Counted from the whole stretch's first letter, positions 1-12,537 are shown. The stretch is 63,668 bases of DNA, filler included, from Rhabdomonas costata (GCA_019059605.1; 56 parts of 56 records of this genome joined end to end with filler, not necessarily neighbours in it), one strand, 5' to 3'. Made by a program: numbers and translations. The notes: a model not told the origin generated them from the letters alone.

Positions 1-78
1 GTTTGTGTGCCATTTCCCCAGCGACTCGCTCGCTCGTTGTCAGTGCTGCTTGCTCCTCCTGCAACTTTTTGCAGAGGA

Positions 79-483
79 GGGGGTGGATCCGGAGTTGGCC
101 GCGGCCGCGATGAGCGCCTTGAAAACTATTGAGGCATGTGAATGGCACCAGAACCCCCCTCGCCCCACTTTTGAGCACGCAAGCTGCACGCTCTGAAGTG
201 CCCTCGGTATTCTCTTGTTGGGAACCTTGTCTTTTGGACTTTATGCTGGTGGCCAACCCTCTCCGTTCTTGGACAAAAAGCAACGTACTTTGGACGCTAC
301 CATTCCTGCTCTCTGACGTTCAGGAGTCCCGCACACTTTTTCCCAGGACAAGATTGGAGACATCCGCTCCAAGTACGAGGCCACAGCGCTGTCCCCCTTG
401 AACACCCCGGGCAAGGACGTGAAGGACATCCAAGAGGCTCGGAAGATCTTCGATGAGCTTCTACTGCAGCAGATGATGAAAGT
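79..483 (+). CDS. Two exons (~79-133 and 347-~483) of an uncharacterised protein, joined across a probable GC-AG intron
   Basis: EEGVDPELAAAAMSALKTIE is followed by gcatgt; after ttttcccag the same frame resumes with DKIGDIRSKYEATALSPLNTPGKDVKDIQEARKIFDELLLQQMMK. Codons are GC-ending. Confidence 0.5.
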
Positions 484-830
484 TGGTTTGTATTTGTGTG
501 GTGGGTGGTTTGCCGAGGAATGCTTCTCACCGGACGCCGGGGCACGTTGGGTCGCAGTTTTGGAGAGGGCAGGATTCGCGGGCTTTGTTTTAGATGCTTC
601 CTGCTTCCTTGCCCTTTCCAGTCGGCGGCAGAAATTGGCACGAGTCAATAAAAGTAATTTTTGTGATTATTATCAGTGCCGGTAACACAATTGGCTCAGT
701 TGGACCACCTGAACGTCCATAATACTACATTACGTGGCCCTGTGCACAAGGTGCCAACGCTGAGCAGCAGGACGTTGTGCATCACTTTTTTCTTTGCCAC
801 TGTTGGTCTGCGATCAGTGAGCTTGAGACA

Positions 831-1036
831 GGAAAAAACCAACAAAATCAAATGCATTTCATATAAAAGACCATAGAAAACATTTAGATATTAATGTATG
901 TTACACTCTAAAAGAGCGTTGGTGGCAAAATTCCTAGCATGCAACCAAGTGCAATAATTAACGTAACATACATTAATATCTAAATGTTTTCTATGGTCTT
1001 TTATATGAAATGCATTTGATTCTGTTAGTTTTTTCC
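831..1036. repeat. AT-rich inverted repeat (~74-bp arms, ~58-nt spacer); MITE-like element or amplification fold-back
   Basis: 831-904 is the reverse complement of 963-1036 with two transitions. Confidence 0.85.
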
Positions 1037-1040
1037 CCCC

Positions 1041-1140
1041 NNNNNNNNNNNNNNNNNNNNNNNNNNNNNNNNNNNNNNNNNNNNTTAATTAATTAANNNN
1101 NNNNNNNNNNNNNNNNNNNNNNNNNNNNNNNNNNNNNNNN
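1041..1140. other. Artificial contig-joining spacer (44 N + TTAATTAATTAA + 44 N); first of 55 such spacers, about one per 1140 nt
   Basis: The same self-complementary 12-mer, with stops in all six frames, sits in every N run. The intervening contigs are near-uniform at ~1039-1040 nt. Confidence 0.98.
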
Positions 1141-2059
1141 TGTGGTGTGGTATGCTCTTCGCGGGTCTGTGTGGGGTGCTGCAAGTTATCCGGTCTCGGG
1201 TCACCTCGAAATTGTCCTGGCCGATGTCGGGTGATTGCCAAGGTGAGCAACAGAAAGAGAGCTATGTTTGGTTTGGTTTAAGGAGCAGCTGCGGGAAATA
1301 GCGCGTGGGTTGATACTGCACTGACCAACGATAGAAGATCAAACTTGTGAGTTTAGTTTGAGAGTGATCATGATTTGGAAAAGGGGTTCCAATTCTCTCA
1401 ACCTACAGACGCTTTGCAAAAGGGGTTGATGCCTCCGTGTCAACGCTTCGCAGATGAACGGGCTGCCATACCTGCGCCGAAATCGCTTGCACGGTCATCA
1501 GATAGCCCGCCACACCCCCCATCGACGTCGCCGTGGTGTAGCTCAGGTAGCGCATCCACCCCCCCTGCTTGGGGTCGTACAGCGCCTGGGAAAGGGTACG
1601 GACTATGGTGTCCCTGGAAGAGGTGGCATTGATCTGGCTCCATGCCCCACTTGGGGTGCTCCCGGTATTGACAGAGTCTGGAACGCTAGTGGAGGTGGCC
1701 AACAGGTGCCCCGAAAGGGCATGCACCAGGAAGACAACCGTACCCGGGAAAAGCGGTGAGGAAACCTGAGGCAGGGCAGAAACATGAGTGGACCTGTCTC
1801 AGGTTTTGGGGACCGCACGTTCACCGTTCACGTGGAAATTTATCGTTTTGTATGAGAAGAATGGCAATATGTTGCAAGCCCCATGTGAATAACTCTGGGA
1901 GGATCATCATATGTGAATAAGGATGTGTGGAACCCCGAGGAACGGCGCTGCGCAATCAAGCGAGAGCAACCAAGTACGAAACCTAACCGATCCGGTAGTC
2001 TTGTCTTAGAACCTGCTGGTAACAAACTCTGAATAGCAAAGTTTAGGAAGCATAGTGGA

Positions 2060-2100
2060 TTATCATTATCATCGTCGTCATCATCATCATTATCATCATC
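2060..2100. repeat. Imperfect (ATC/GTC)n microsatellite
   Basis: tatcattatcatcgtcgtcatcatcatcattatcatcatc. Confidence 0.8.
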
Positions 2101-2638
2101 TAATGGCGAAAACATCCGGGGACACCGCTTCCAGATCCCACATCGTATACCGTAGCCTCTCAGGATACAAACCACCACAANNNNNNNNNNNNNNNNNNNN
2201 NNNNNNNNNNNNNNNNNNNNNNNNTTAATTAATTAANNNNNNNNNNNNNNNNNNNNNNNNNNNNNNNNNNNNNNNNNNNNACTTCTGCCTCCGACGTCCG
2301 ATCACTCCAACGGCTCAGCTCTTCTAGCTGAATGATTCTTACCACAAGAAAGCTTAATTTTATACGATTCGAACTTCCAATTCTCTTTACGAAAAGCTTA
2401 CACCATGCGAAACAAAACACGGCATTCCACCTCCACAATAACTTTGTCCACCGCTCAAATTCCCGCTGCGACAACACGAACGCCAAAGAAAAAAGAACGC
2501 AGTTCATTAGCGAAGTTCTCTATCCTGATCCACATGAAAGGTAACAACACACAGCAGCAAAGACAACTCAACTCAGCTCTTCGTCCAACACTACGAAATC
2601 TTCTGCTATATAATACGAAATTCTGCGAAGTTCCTTCT

Positions 2639-3133
2639 TCACAAACGACCATCACCAACTACATACAAAAACAACGTAGTCCACTGAGGCCTCGGCCTCA
2701 GACGACCATCATCTGTGAGGTATAACCTCCCTTTCCATTCCACACCTCGCAAGGTAATTGCCTTCAACAACTTAAACCACTGTGCTGACACCCAGTTAGG
2801 CGTCACCAGTAGCACCCTTAACCTTTCCATACGAATCTTTTCCAACACCAGTGGAATAAGGCTCCACGGTGGGTTCGCATACAAACACACTTCAGGACTC
2901 AACACATATGCGAACGCATTCCACCTTAACGCTTCCTCGTCATCCTCTTCCGGGGTGAAATACCTTGGAAGCTGATGATACCTTCTCGACGCAAACAAGT
3001 CCACACACGGTACGACTAACATTTTGCTACACATAGCCATGAAGATGGTTGATTCCACCTTCATCTCCTCCTCCGGCCCGAAATCTGGGAAAGGAATCCA
3101 TCCTTCAATTCTGTTACGGACCCCGCTCCGCAC
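2639..3133 (-). CDS. DNA N6-adenine methyltransferase of the DIRS-retrotransposon/phage Dam-like type; intronless
   Basis: Motifs VDLFAS..HQLPRYF, NAF, LYANPPWSLIPLVLEKI..E..VLLVTPNW....WF resemble the MT domain of DIRS1-type elements; NPPW is the N6-adenine catalytic motif IV. Confidence 0.8.
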   Translation of the reverse strand: MRSGVRNRIEGWIPFPDFGPEEEMKVESTIFMAMCSKMLVVPCVDLFASRRYHQLPRYFTPEEDDEEALRWNAFAYVLSPEVCLYANPPWSLIPLVLEKIRMERLRVLLVTPNWVSAQWFKLLKAITLRGVEWKGRLYLTDDGRLRPRPQWTTLFLYVVGDGRL

Positions 3134-3250
3134 GGGAATCCGCGGGGGCTGCTCCGCACGGCCCCCTGCCCACTCCGCATGGCTTCACACCAACGGCGGA
3201 CGGGAACCAGGAGCCAAGACGGGCTACTCGTCTTGGCGTGGCCGCCCCGG

Positions 3251-3320
3251 CCGGGTCCGGGAATCGAACCCGCGACCTTGCAGCCACGAGCCCGGCCCCC
3301 AGACCACTCAGACATAAGAC
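3251..3320 (-). ncRNA. tRNA-derived (His-like) pseudo-tRNA or SINE head with Pol III box A and box B
   Basis: Minus strand reads GTCTGAGTGGTCT (box A/D-loop), TCGTGGC (GTG anticodon-like loop), then GCGGGTTCGATTCCCG (T-arm/box B). The anticodon and acceptor stems pair poorly, so it is not a functional tRNA. Confidence 0.6.
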
Positions 3321-3555
3321 NNNNNNNNNNNNNNNNNNNNNNNNNNNNNNNNNNNNNNNNNNNNTTAATTAATTAANNNNNNNNNNNNNNNNNNNNNNNN
3401 NNNNNNNNNNNNNNNNNNNNGCTACTGAGTGTTGTGGGCCGTGGGCTTTGCGCAAATTATGCAAATTATGCTGTGGGTTGGCCGCGCAGTCCTCTGCGGT
3501 GCTTTCGTGCCCATGACTCATACGCATGTTTTTACTGTGTGCTTGCTATGCACAG

Positions 3556-3697
3556 GTAAGGCATGAATTGGGTAGTTATATTTTCTCACCTCCCTTATTC
3601 CATCTTTTCTTGGCTCTGTTGACTCATTTCCCATCCATCTCTTTCTTTTGATGCAAATATTTACTAACGATTAGTCCGCTTTGTTTTCCTTTTGCAG
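3556..3697 (+). other. Canonical spliceosomal intron with a TACTAAC branch point
   Basis: CAG|GTAAGG donor, TACTAAC at 3662-3668, pyrimidine tract and TTTGCAG acceptor. The flanking exons are not recognisable. Confidence 0.55.
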
Positions 3698-5535
3698 GTC
3701 ACCTTCCAAATCGGTTGCCCCTTTTTCTTCTAGGTTGCCCACAGGGTGCCTCTGGGCTGCTTTCACACAGCTCCAACTTTCTGCTCGGAGACGGGAGTTG
3801 CGTGCGAGGTGTGTTTGTGCAGGGATTCAGGCAGTGAAGCGTGTTTTTTTTTCTCGCATTCTTTTTTAAATTACTCCGGCGACAAGTGCTTTGCAATTCC
3901 CACCATTCTTCACGCATTTTCAGGATTCAGCTCGTGCGTCACCTTCGGGTCTTCGCAGTGTGTCATTTCCATTTGCACCTGCATTTGTGACCCTTGTTTC
4001 ACGGGTAAGTTCTGCACTGAGAAGGATACCACCATTGTTCAGTGCAGGTAGTCGGTCTGCTAAGCCACAGTGGAAGGGCATCGTACGCGGGCCATTCTCG
4101 CCTTCGTCCTGCTCTGCCGATGTACATAACTATTCTCAAGAGCCGCGAGGCTCTCACGTATGTGTCCCGTTTGTGTTTTGACCTCTTGGGACAGCTTGAC
4201 GGTGTCATATGTGCACGAGTGTAAAATTTTGATGGCAAACCAATTCTCCAAGCCGGCACTTATGTCATTCCGGGGCGCAACGTTAGGAGAAACTTGACAT
4301 TGCTGTGTTCTCGTGCCCTCCTGGTTTGTAAAGTGACCTCAACAACGTCATTCCGTGTCGATTTAGTTGCGGCGTCCCCTTTGCCGCGAAACGTAAACTC
4401 CTTCATCCGGCGAATCATTCACCGCACCCGCACCGCCACACTGTGCACAGCACGGCGCTTNNNNNNNNNNNNNNNNNNNNNNNNNNNNNNNNNNNNNNNN
4501 NNNNTTAATTAATTAANNNNNNNNNNNNNNNNNNNNNNNNNNNNNNNNNNNNNNNNNNNNGGGTGGGGGGGGTTGTAGACACTCATCTCTGGCCAGAGAC
4601 GGGTGTCGGTGCCCAGAGAGGCTTTTGCGGTGCTGCCGCTGTCGCTGTATTCGTTTTCTGGTGTCACGAAGTTTTGGGTGATATGGGGATGTGGTGGGAG
4701 TGAACGTTGAAGCATGTGGAGCGAGCGGACGCGCGGGCGCAATCCATCCCCCAAGCACGGTTTGTCGCCCAATGCCTCTGCAGAGCGAGGATGAAGCGCT
4801 GCTGGTCGAGTACTTCGGTGTGCTCTCCCTGAGGCTGCTGACACGGCTGACCGAGCGCCTCGGTTTGCGCCCCCCCCCCGTCCCCCTTTATGCCAAAGCT
4901 AGACACACCTTACCGTAGATTGCGATACGCAACCAAACGGCCCGTATTTCTTTTTGTTGCTGCTCTGCTCGATCTTTCGCTGTGCACATGAGCTTCCCAC
5001 TTCGGCGGTAGTAAAGCCACCAGATGACCATTACGATGTGTCGACTTTTCAAAAACACATCCCGATTCCACTCCACAGCGCCCATGACTCTGAAAACCCT
5101 ATCTACGCTCCCAACTTTCCAGAGCTTGGAACGGAGCTCAACTTCTCTGCCGATGAGATCATCGACATCATCCAAGGTGCGCACCTCTGTCCCTCTCCTT
5201 GCCAGAAAATCGGCACTTTCGGGACATCCCCTGCTTTCGTCTCGCTGCCGATTCTCTGTTAGCTGTCTTCTATCCCGTTGCCTGATCAGTTCTTGTGCCC
5301 ATTCCTCAAAAACACCACACCGTGTCCGCCTGGTTTACCAGTGGCGGGTGCGTGAAGTGGATGCGCATCTGGATTCATATGAATGTTAGGCGTTACTTTA
5401 GAATTGTACCCACCTCTGTCTTCAGGTTCTTTTTTGAGATGCTTACGCTTTATGATCTTTTGGAAATGTGAGCACATCCGAGACGGCTACTTTCAGTGAC
5501 ATGTGTTATTGGCTTCTTTGACGTTACCTTTGGGG

Positions 5536-5600
5536 GTTAGCGTTAGCGTTAGCGTTAGCGTTAGCGTTAGCGTTAGCGTTAGCGTTAGCGTTAGCGTTAG
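5536..5600 (+). repeat. (TTAGCG)n tandem array running to the contig end; telomere-like
   Basis: About 11 perfect GTTAGC units, with the G/T-rich strand pointing to the contig end. Confidence 0.9.
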
Positions 5601-5700
5601 NNNNNNNNNNNNNNNNNNNNNNNNNNNNNNNNNNNNNNNNNNNNTTAATTAATTAANNNNNNNNNNNNNNNNNNNNNNNNNNNNNNNNNNNNNNNNNNNN

Positions 5701-6543
5701 GTTTTTTTGTCGACAACCGGGCCGCCGTCCCACACAGTCCAGGGCAAGGTGATTGTATCGGGTGTGCTCTCGTTTTGCGCATTGAAGGCCAACAAGTGGG
5801 TTGGGTCAGCGGATCCGAGGGTTAGGGAGACGATCCATCCGAGCGCAGGGTCGAAGAACAAGAACCTGGCGCCTGGGGGCCGAATCCGGAGGTAGTACGG
5901 CCTGTCTCCGTACATCCCGCTCACGAGGTATAGGCCTTGGGCCTGGGCGGTGGCATTTGCCATGGAGCCGCTCATCGAAATGTTGCAAGCGGAACCTTGG
6001 TTCAAAACAATAAACAAGGGAAGAACGAAAAAAAAAGGAAGAACCGCTGGAAAAAAAGGGTTCTAATGGCTCTGAAGTGAACAGTGTTTCCTAAATATTG
6101 CCCGGAGCAGTCGTAAATGAAGAAAACCGACTATACGCATCGGAACAGTCCAGCACCTCCCCCCAACCCAAAACCAATCGTGCTTCACGAGAACAGGCTC
6201 ACCAAACACGACATCACTCCGCTCAAAGCGCCCCACTACACCGACTACCTGAGGTCACTTGCTCGGGCTCCGACTGAACCGCCGGAAACAGGCCCCGAAT
6301 AAAAAATGCATCCGTTGGAAGGGGCTCCCGCCTTGGCTGAAAAACACCGGAATAACCGGAATGATGAAGGCGCTTCTCCAACTCACACAAAAACACACCT
6401 AATGAGTTGTTTCCGATCGCTTGTCCTTGGGGAAGAAGCGATGAGGTGTGAAAGGGCTTTTCCTCCGCCAAGCCCACGGCCAGCCAGGAAGGCAATACAA
6501 GAAGTAAGAACAAAAGGGGCATTAGTCCAGCCGGGCGAAGCAT
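5701..6543 (-). CDS. Secreted/surface protein: signal-peptide exon 6543-6399 plus exon 5995-5701 (3' partial)
   Basis: MLRPAGLMPLLFLLLVLPSWLAVG is a hydrophobic signal. A phase-1 GT..AG intron joins NNSL-G-SACNISMSGS..GLYLVSGMYGDRPYYL..FLFFDPALGWIV. Confidence 0.6.
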
Positions 6544-6840
6544 GACGAGTAGCAAATACTGGCAAGTGTGCGGATGAGCGGGCTAAGAGAAGTTTCCGAA
6601 AGCCGAGGTGTTTCGGTCATAAAAAGAAAAATTCGCGCACAGGAAGCTGGGGTAGAAGGAGCACAAAATCGGCGATAACGTTCATAAAACTTGAAACAGA
6701 CTTTCTTTTAGAAAGCACAGTTTCTGGACGACACCAACCCNNNNNNNNNNNNNNNNNNNNNNNNNNNNNNNNNNNNNNNNNNNNTTAATTAATTAANNNN
6801 NNNNNNNNNNNNNNNNNNNNNNNNNNNNNNNNNNNNNNNN

Positions 6841-7833
<993 letters not shown>

Positions 7834-8084
7834 GTCTCTCAACCTTAAACCACACACAACATACACGCATACACACACAANNNNNNNNNNNNNNNNNNNN
7901 NNNNNNNNNNNNNNNNNNNNNNNNTTAATTAATTAANNNNNNNNNNNNNNNNNNNNNNNNNNNNNNNNNNNNNNNNNNNNGGTTGTGTGTTGTACAAGAT
8001 GTACTAATTAGCAAGAGGAAGCACTTTCCTCTGGCAACATCCCCACTGGATTTAAAACTCGCGTCTAGTAAATGATTATTTCGC

Positions 8085-8960
8085 TCCATTGGAACACTGG
8101 ATGTGCTCTACCTATCAGCTCCTTTGGTATATCAAGAACAAAAGTCGTGTCAGCAATCTTCTTTACAATTGTAACTGGTCCTAAGACTTTCTGCATCAGC
8201 ATCCTTGATGATCTCCAAACCTTCCTACGTAGTGCTTCCTCTTGCTAATTAGTACATCTTGTACAACACACGACTGGTAATCCGCTCTCTTCAGATTCTA
8301 GCACGCTGCTTCCTTTAGGTTCTATTTATCAAACGCTTCTCTAACCTGCTTCAACGCAGCTTTTATCTTCTTTACCTGGTAACGCACTGGTTCAATTTTA
8401 GCTACTGGCCATGGCTGTGGGGTTTCAGGAAGATCCCACCATAACACAGGGTGGTACCCATAATTGAGGTAACAATTGCTGTACTCAGTGTTGGCAATTG
8501 TGGTCAGCACCACAAATTCTATCCCACGATGTACCTGATTTCGCGCACATTAACGTCCGAAACACTTGTTTCATTGTTTGTTTTGTTCTTTCTGCCTGAC
8601 CGTTCGTCTGAGTATGGTACGGCAACGAACTCCTCGACTGTAAATCCAGAAATGCCATTAGCTCTTTCCAAAACAACTACACGAAGATCGGATCTATATC
8701 ACTCACAATGCTCTTCGGCAACCCATGATATCTAACTATTTCTCACCAAAAGAACTCCGCTCTATCATAAGCATTCATCGTATTGTGGCATACGATCAAC
8801 ACTACCATCTTGGCAGCTCTATCAGTCACCGTCAAAATCTCATTTACCACTTGACCACCTCCAGAGAACTTCCATTGCCCCTCTGGAATTTTGACCAAGT
8901 CATGGAAGTTGACTCATACTTGTTCACTGGAACCTCTAGCAGCATTGCAACGTTGACATA
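8085..8960 (-). mobile_element. Decayed Ty3/Gypsy LTR-retrotransposon integrase
   Basis: FWKELMAFL..SLPYHTQTNGQAERTKQT (rve core), YLNYGYHP, and a downstream GP..I..FVLDIP....HPVF GPY/F-like motif. Frameshifts and stops interrupt it. Confidence 0.85.
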
Positions 8961-9179
8961 TATCACAAGTCCGCACATACTCTTTCACATTTCTATTGAT
9001 TTTCTTAAACACAAAAACCCNNNNNNNNNNNNNNNNNNNNNNNNNNNNNNNNNNNNNNNNNNNNTTAATTAATTAANNNNNNNNNNNNNNNNNNNNNNNN
9101 NNNNNNNNNNNNNNNNNNNNTGTGTGGGAAGGAGGGAGGCAAAAGAAGACAGATGCGTTGCAGTTGGCAAGCCCCCCCG

Positions 9180-10159
9180 TCACCTCCTCACAATCGAGTA
9201 CAAGAGGCGTACCCACAGTGACACCACGGTGACAGCGGCGACCAGCAGCACTGCCACCACGACCTTCCGCAGCACCGCTGCGGGGCGCAGGGCCTCGGTG
9301 ATCCGCAGCACGGAGAGCCCCCCGCTCTTCGCGGTGAAGACCGAAAGCAGGCACAGCGCCAAGCACAGGCTCAGCCCGGCGGCGAACAGGACGTGAGGGC
9401 CCGAGGTGAGGTGGTTCACGATAGGCCGGAGGATGCGGCAGTCGATGAAGTTCAGCTGAGTAGAAAGTCGGCGAAAAAGGAGCACACGCCCCCTCCACCT
9501 CGCCTCTCGAGAGTAACCTTCACAACAGAAGGTTGGAGTTTCCAGGAATATCGCTCCTCACCACAACTCTGCCGACTCGACCTTGGCACTCACAGGAACC
9601 ACTTCTGTGAAGAGGTTTGTTTTCTGATCGAGCGCAAAGCCCAGGAGGCCCTCTCTGCGTTGAACGGGCCAGGGTTTGGGGTTCTCGGAGGATCTCCGAG
9701 AATATGTACAGGCGTGTGTCCCGGCCCGCGGACAAGGCTCGATAAACAGCTTCGGGATTTCCAAGATAAAGAAGCGCCGACTCCGCAACTATGTTTCCGT
9801 CATAAGTCAAAAGTTTGGGGTAAGCAGCCAGCGGAGCGACAATATTCCAGCGAAGCCAATCAACACGAGGAAAAAAGATGAGGTTAACAAAAGCAGACCA
9901 CATGAGTGTCCGCCTTGTTCCACAGCAGTCCGCCGGTCTCGAAGCGGACCCAACCGCCCTCCCTCTGGCACGGCAGAGGGCTGCAGCTGTGGCAGGCGTA
10001 GAACTTCTTCGCAGGAAACCGCCCCACAATGGGGAGGTTCTCCCAGTACACCGGAATCACCACCTGAGGTCCACTCCCGAAGATCACGCGGAGGTGGTTG
10101 CTGAAGTGGTAGTACCACCGCCACCGCCGGTACTGCAGCATCCGGAACACGGACTCCCA
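9180..10159 (-). CDS. Two exons (10159-~9898 and 9456-9180) of an unknown membrane protein
   Basis: GC-ending codons; a phase-0 GT..AG join gives KADTHV|LNFIDCRILRP; two hydrophobic segments lie near the C-terminus. Confidence 0.5.
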
Positions 10160-12537
10160 NNNNNNNNNNNNNNNNNNNNNNNNNNNNNNNNNNNNNNNNN
10201 NNNTTAATTAATTAANNNNNNNNNNNNNNNNNNNNNNNNNNNNNNNNNNNNNNNNNNNNTAGAGAAACTGGCGGACAGCCTGGGCTCTTTGGAGAAGCAT
10301 TTTGAGACGTCCAGCGGGGTGGTGGGCGCTGGGGCGCCACGGCCGCTGAGCTATGGGCAGCTCTGGGAGGCTCGGTGGCGGGCTGGGCGGGCCCCTCTGG
10401 AAGACACTATTAGCGCAGAGGTTTTTGTGGAAGAGAAAGAAATGGAGTCTGTGTTTGTGTACGTGTGTGTGTGTGTGTGGTTGCAGAAAGGCGTCCGCAT
10501 TAACAAGTCATCTGAACCCAACTCAAAGGTTCGTCGATTAACGAGTCGTTCGTGCCAAGGGGACGTATGTTCCCATCCAGACATGTACTGGCTCCCCTTG
10601 TTGTGTTGTGTGGCTGGGCCAGAGTTCCCTTCATCATCACGCCCAGCGAAACTAGCGTGCTGGACCGAATATTGGTGGATTCGAGCAGATTTCAGGGCTT
10701 CACAGAATCCGTGCGGAGTCTACCCTTTATACTCAAGTCAGTCTCTCTGTGTGTGTACTTTTTGTTTTGAGGTAGTTTTTTTTCGGCGGGGGGGGGGGGG
10801 GTGCTTCGCGCACTGGTTCCTGGTGTTTTTAGTGTTTTGCGATGCCTGCTCAGGACTTGCATCTCTCGCTGCTGGAGGGGCCTGGGCTGGAGGCTTGCGA
10901 TGGAGCTGCCCTGGAGCCTCTGTTGAACTCTTGGCAACTTCAAGGTGCTCTGAATCGCCTCCCTTCTCACTTCTGTTCCTCCCCCCACCCCACTTCCCAT
11001 TCCATCCGCTCAACCCAGACGTTACCATTCAGGATCCATTCAGGATCCTTGCCACTGGAGCCTTTATTACCTTCACTGTTCATGGTTCCCTCTAGCTCTT
11101 CAGTTTTGGGGGTGCCCCAAGTTGGAACCCCCCCGCATAAAGTCTTTTTGGGGGAGGACCCTCCCTCTTCAGCGCAATTTATGGACCACAGGAAGACGTT
11201 CTAGGTGGCGATGCACCTATCCCTTTATTCCAGCAGAATATTTGCAGAGGGTTAGGCCGCAATGCACGTGACCCCCCACACCAAACACACCCACCACNNN
11301 NNNNNNNNNNNNNNNNNNNNNNNNNNNNNNNNNNNNNNNNNTTAATTAATTAANNNNNNNNNNNNNNNNNNNNNNNNNNNNNNNNNNNNNNNNNNNNTAG
11401 CACCGCTATAAACTTTTCAACACACTTCCACCTGGCGTGCTGCAGCGGCGGACACCCCCTTTTTCTGTGGTGGTTGCTCTTTCGTCTCACCCGAAGCAAA
11501 GAGCAAAAGGGGACGTCTTGAGTAGAAACAAAACCTGCACATGGAAAGCGTCTTGTGCGGCCGGTTTCTGTCCCGGGTCCACACACAACAATGGTACAAA
11601 ACACTGGTCAGCCTTCCCCGCCCAACCGACTTACATGCTCCTACTACTGCTCACAGTCACCGCCTCAAGGCGGGAGCACCTACTCAGTTTACCCGCGTTT
11701 GCTGGAGGCCGGGTGTTGGTAGCGTTGGTATTCCTGGTTCTTGTGTTAGCGTTCCTGCCTCTTGTGTTAGTGGTGCTGTTGCGTTGGATGACGGGTTGAT
11801 GGTTCCTGGCTCTGGAGGTCTGAGGGAGGTTGGTGATGTTAGCGTAGGGTTAGTGCATGTTGGTATCCGTGTCTCTGGTGCTTCTTTTGTGTGTTCCTGT
11901 TTCTGGAGTGGGGGTTCTGGGGCTGAGGATGTTGGAGGGGTGATATGGTGAAGTAGTGAGGATGTAGGGTTAGAGTGTGTATTCCTACCAGGTGTATTCC
12001 TCTGAACTCATGGAGGGGTTTCTACCTGCGGTGCCTTTTACTCCTTCTACGGGCATGCCTCCTACGTCGGCATGCCCTCCGATGCCTTCAAGTGATGTTG
12101 GAGTGAAAGCGTAAGGGGGTAATTCCACTCCCTGAGTTGAAGTGTAGATGTAATGTGTATGGGTGGGGCTCGAAGGACTGAGAGACCCGACAAGTGAATG
12201 TAAGAAGAGGCCTCCGGCCACGCTCTCGCTACGCTTCGGTCCACTGTGTGTCCCTCGCTACGCTCGTAATGTGTTAGTGTATGGTAACACAAGAACCAGG
12301 AATACCAACGCTACCAACACGCATCAAGGAACCAGGAACACCACTACCACCTTCAGAACCAGAAACGCAGGAGCCATCAACACCACCAGGAATACCACCA
12401 GCAACCAACACTCCAGAAACGCTAACACACAAACACANNNNNNNNNNNNNNNNNNNNNNNNNNNNNNNNNNNNNNNNNNNNTTAATTAATTAANNNNNNN
12501 NNNNNNNNNNNNNNNNNNNNNNNNNNNNNNNNNNNNN

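Noticed and set aside
1085-1096. TTAATTAATTAA recurring about every 1140 nt, as a CRISPR-like or regulatory periodic repeat
   Set aside because: It is always centred in N runs of fixed length and is a six-frame-stop linker added when contigs were concatenated. ORFs in the track ending in X..LIN are artefacts of it.
3251-3320. Functional tRNA-His gene
   Set aside because: The anticodon and acceptor stems do not pair; only box A, box B and the T-arm are retained.
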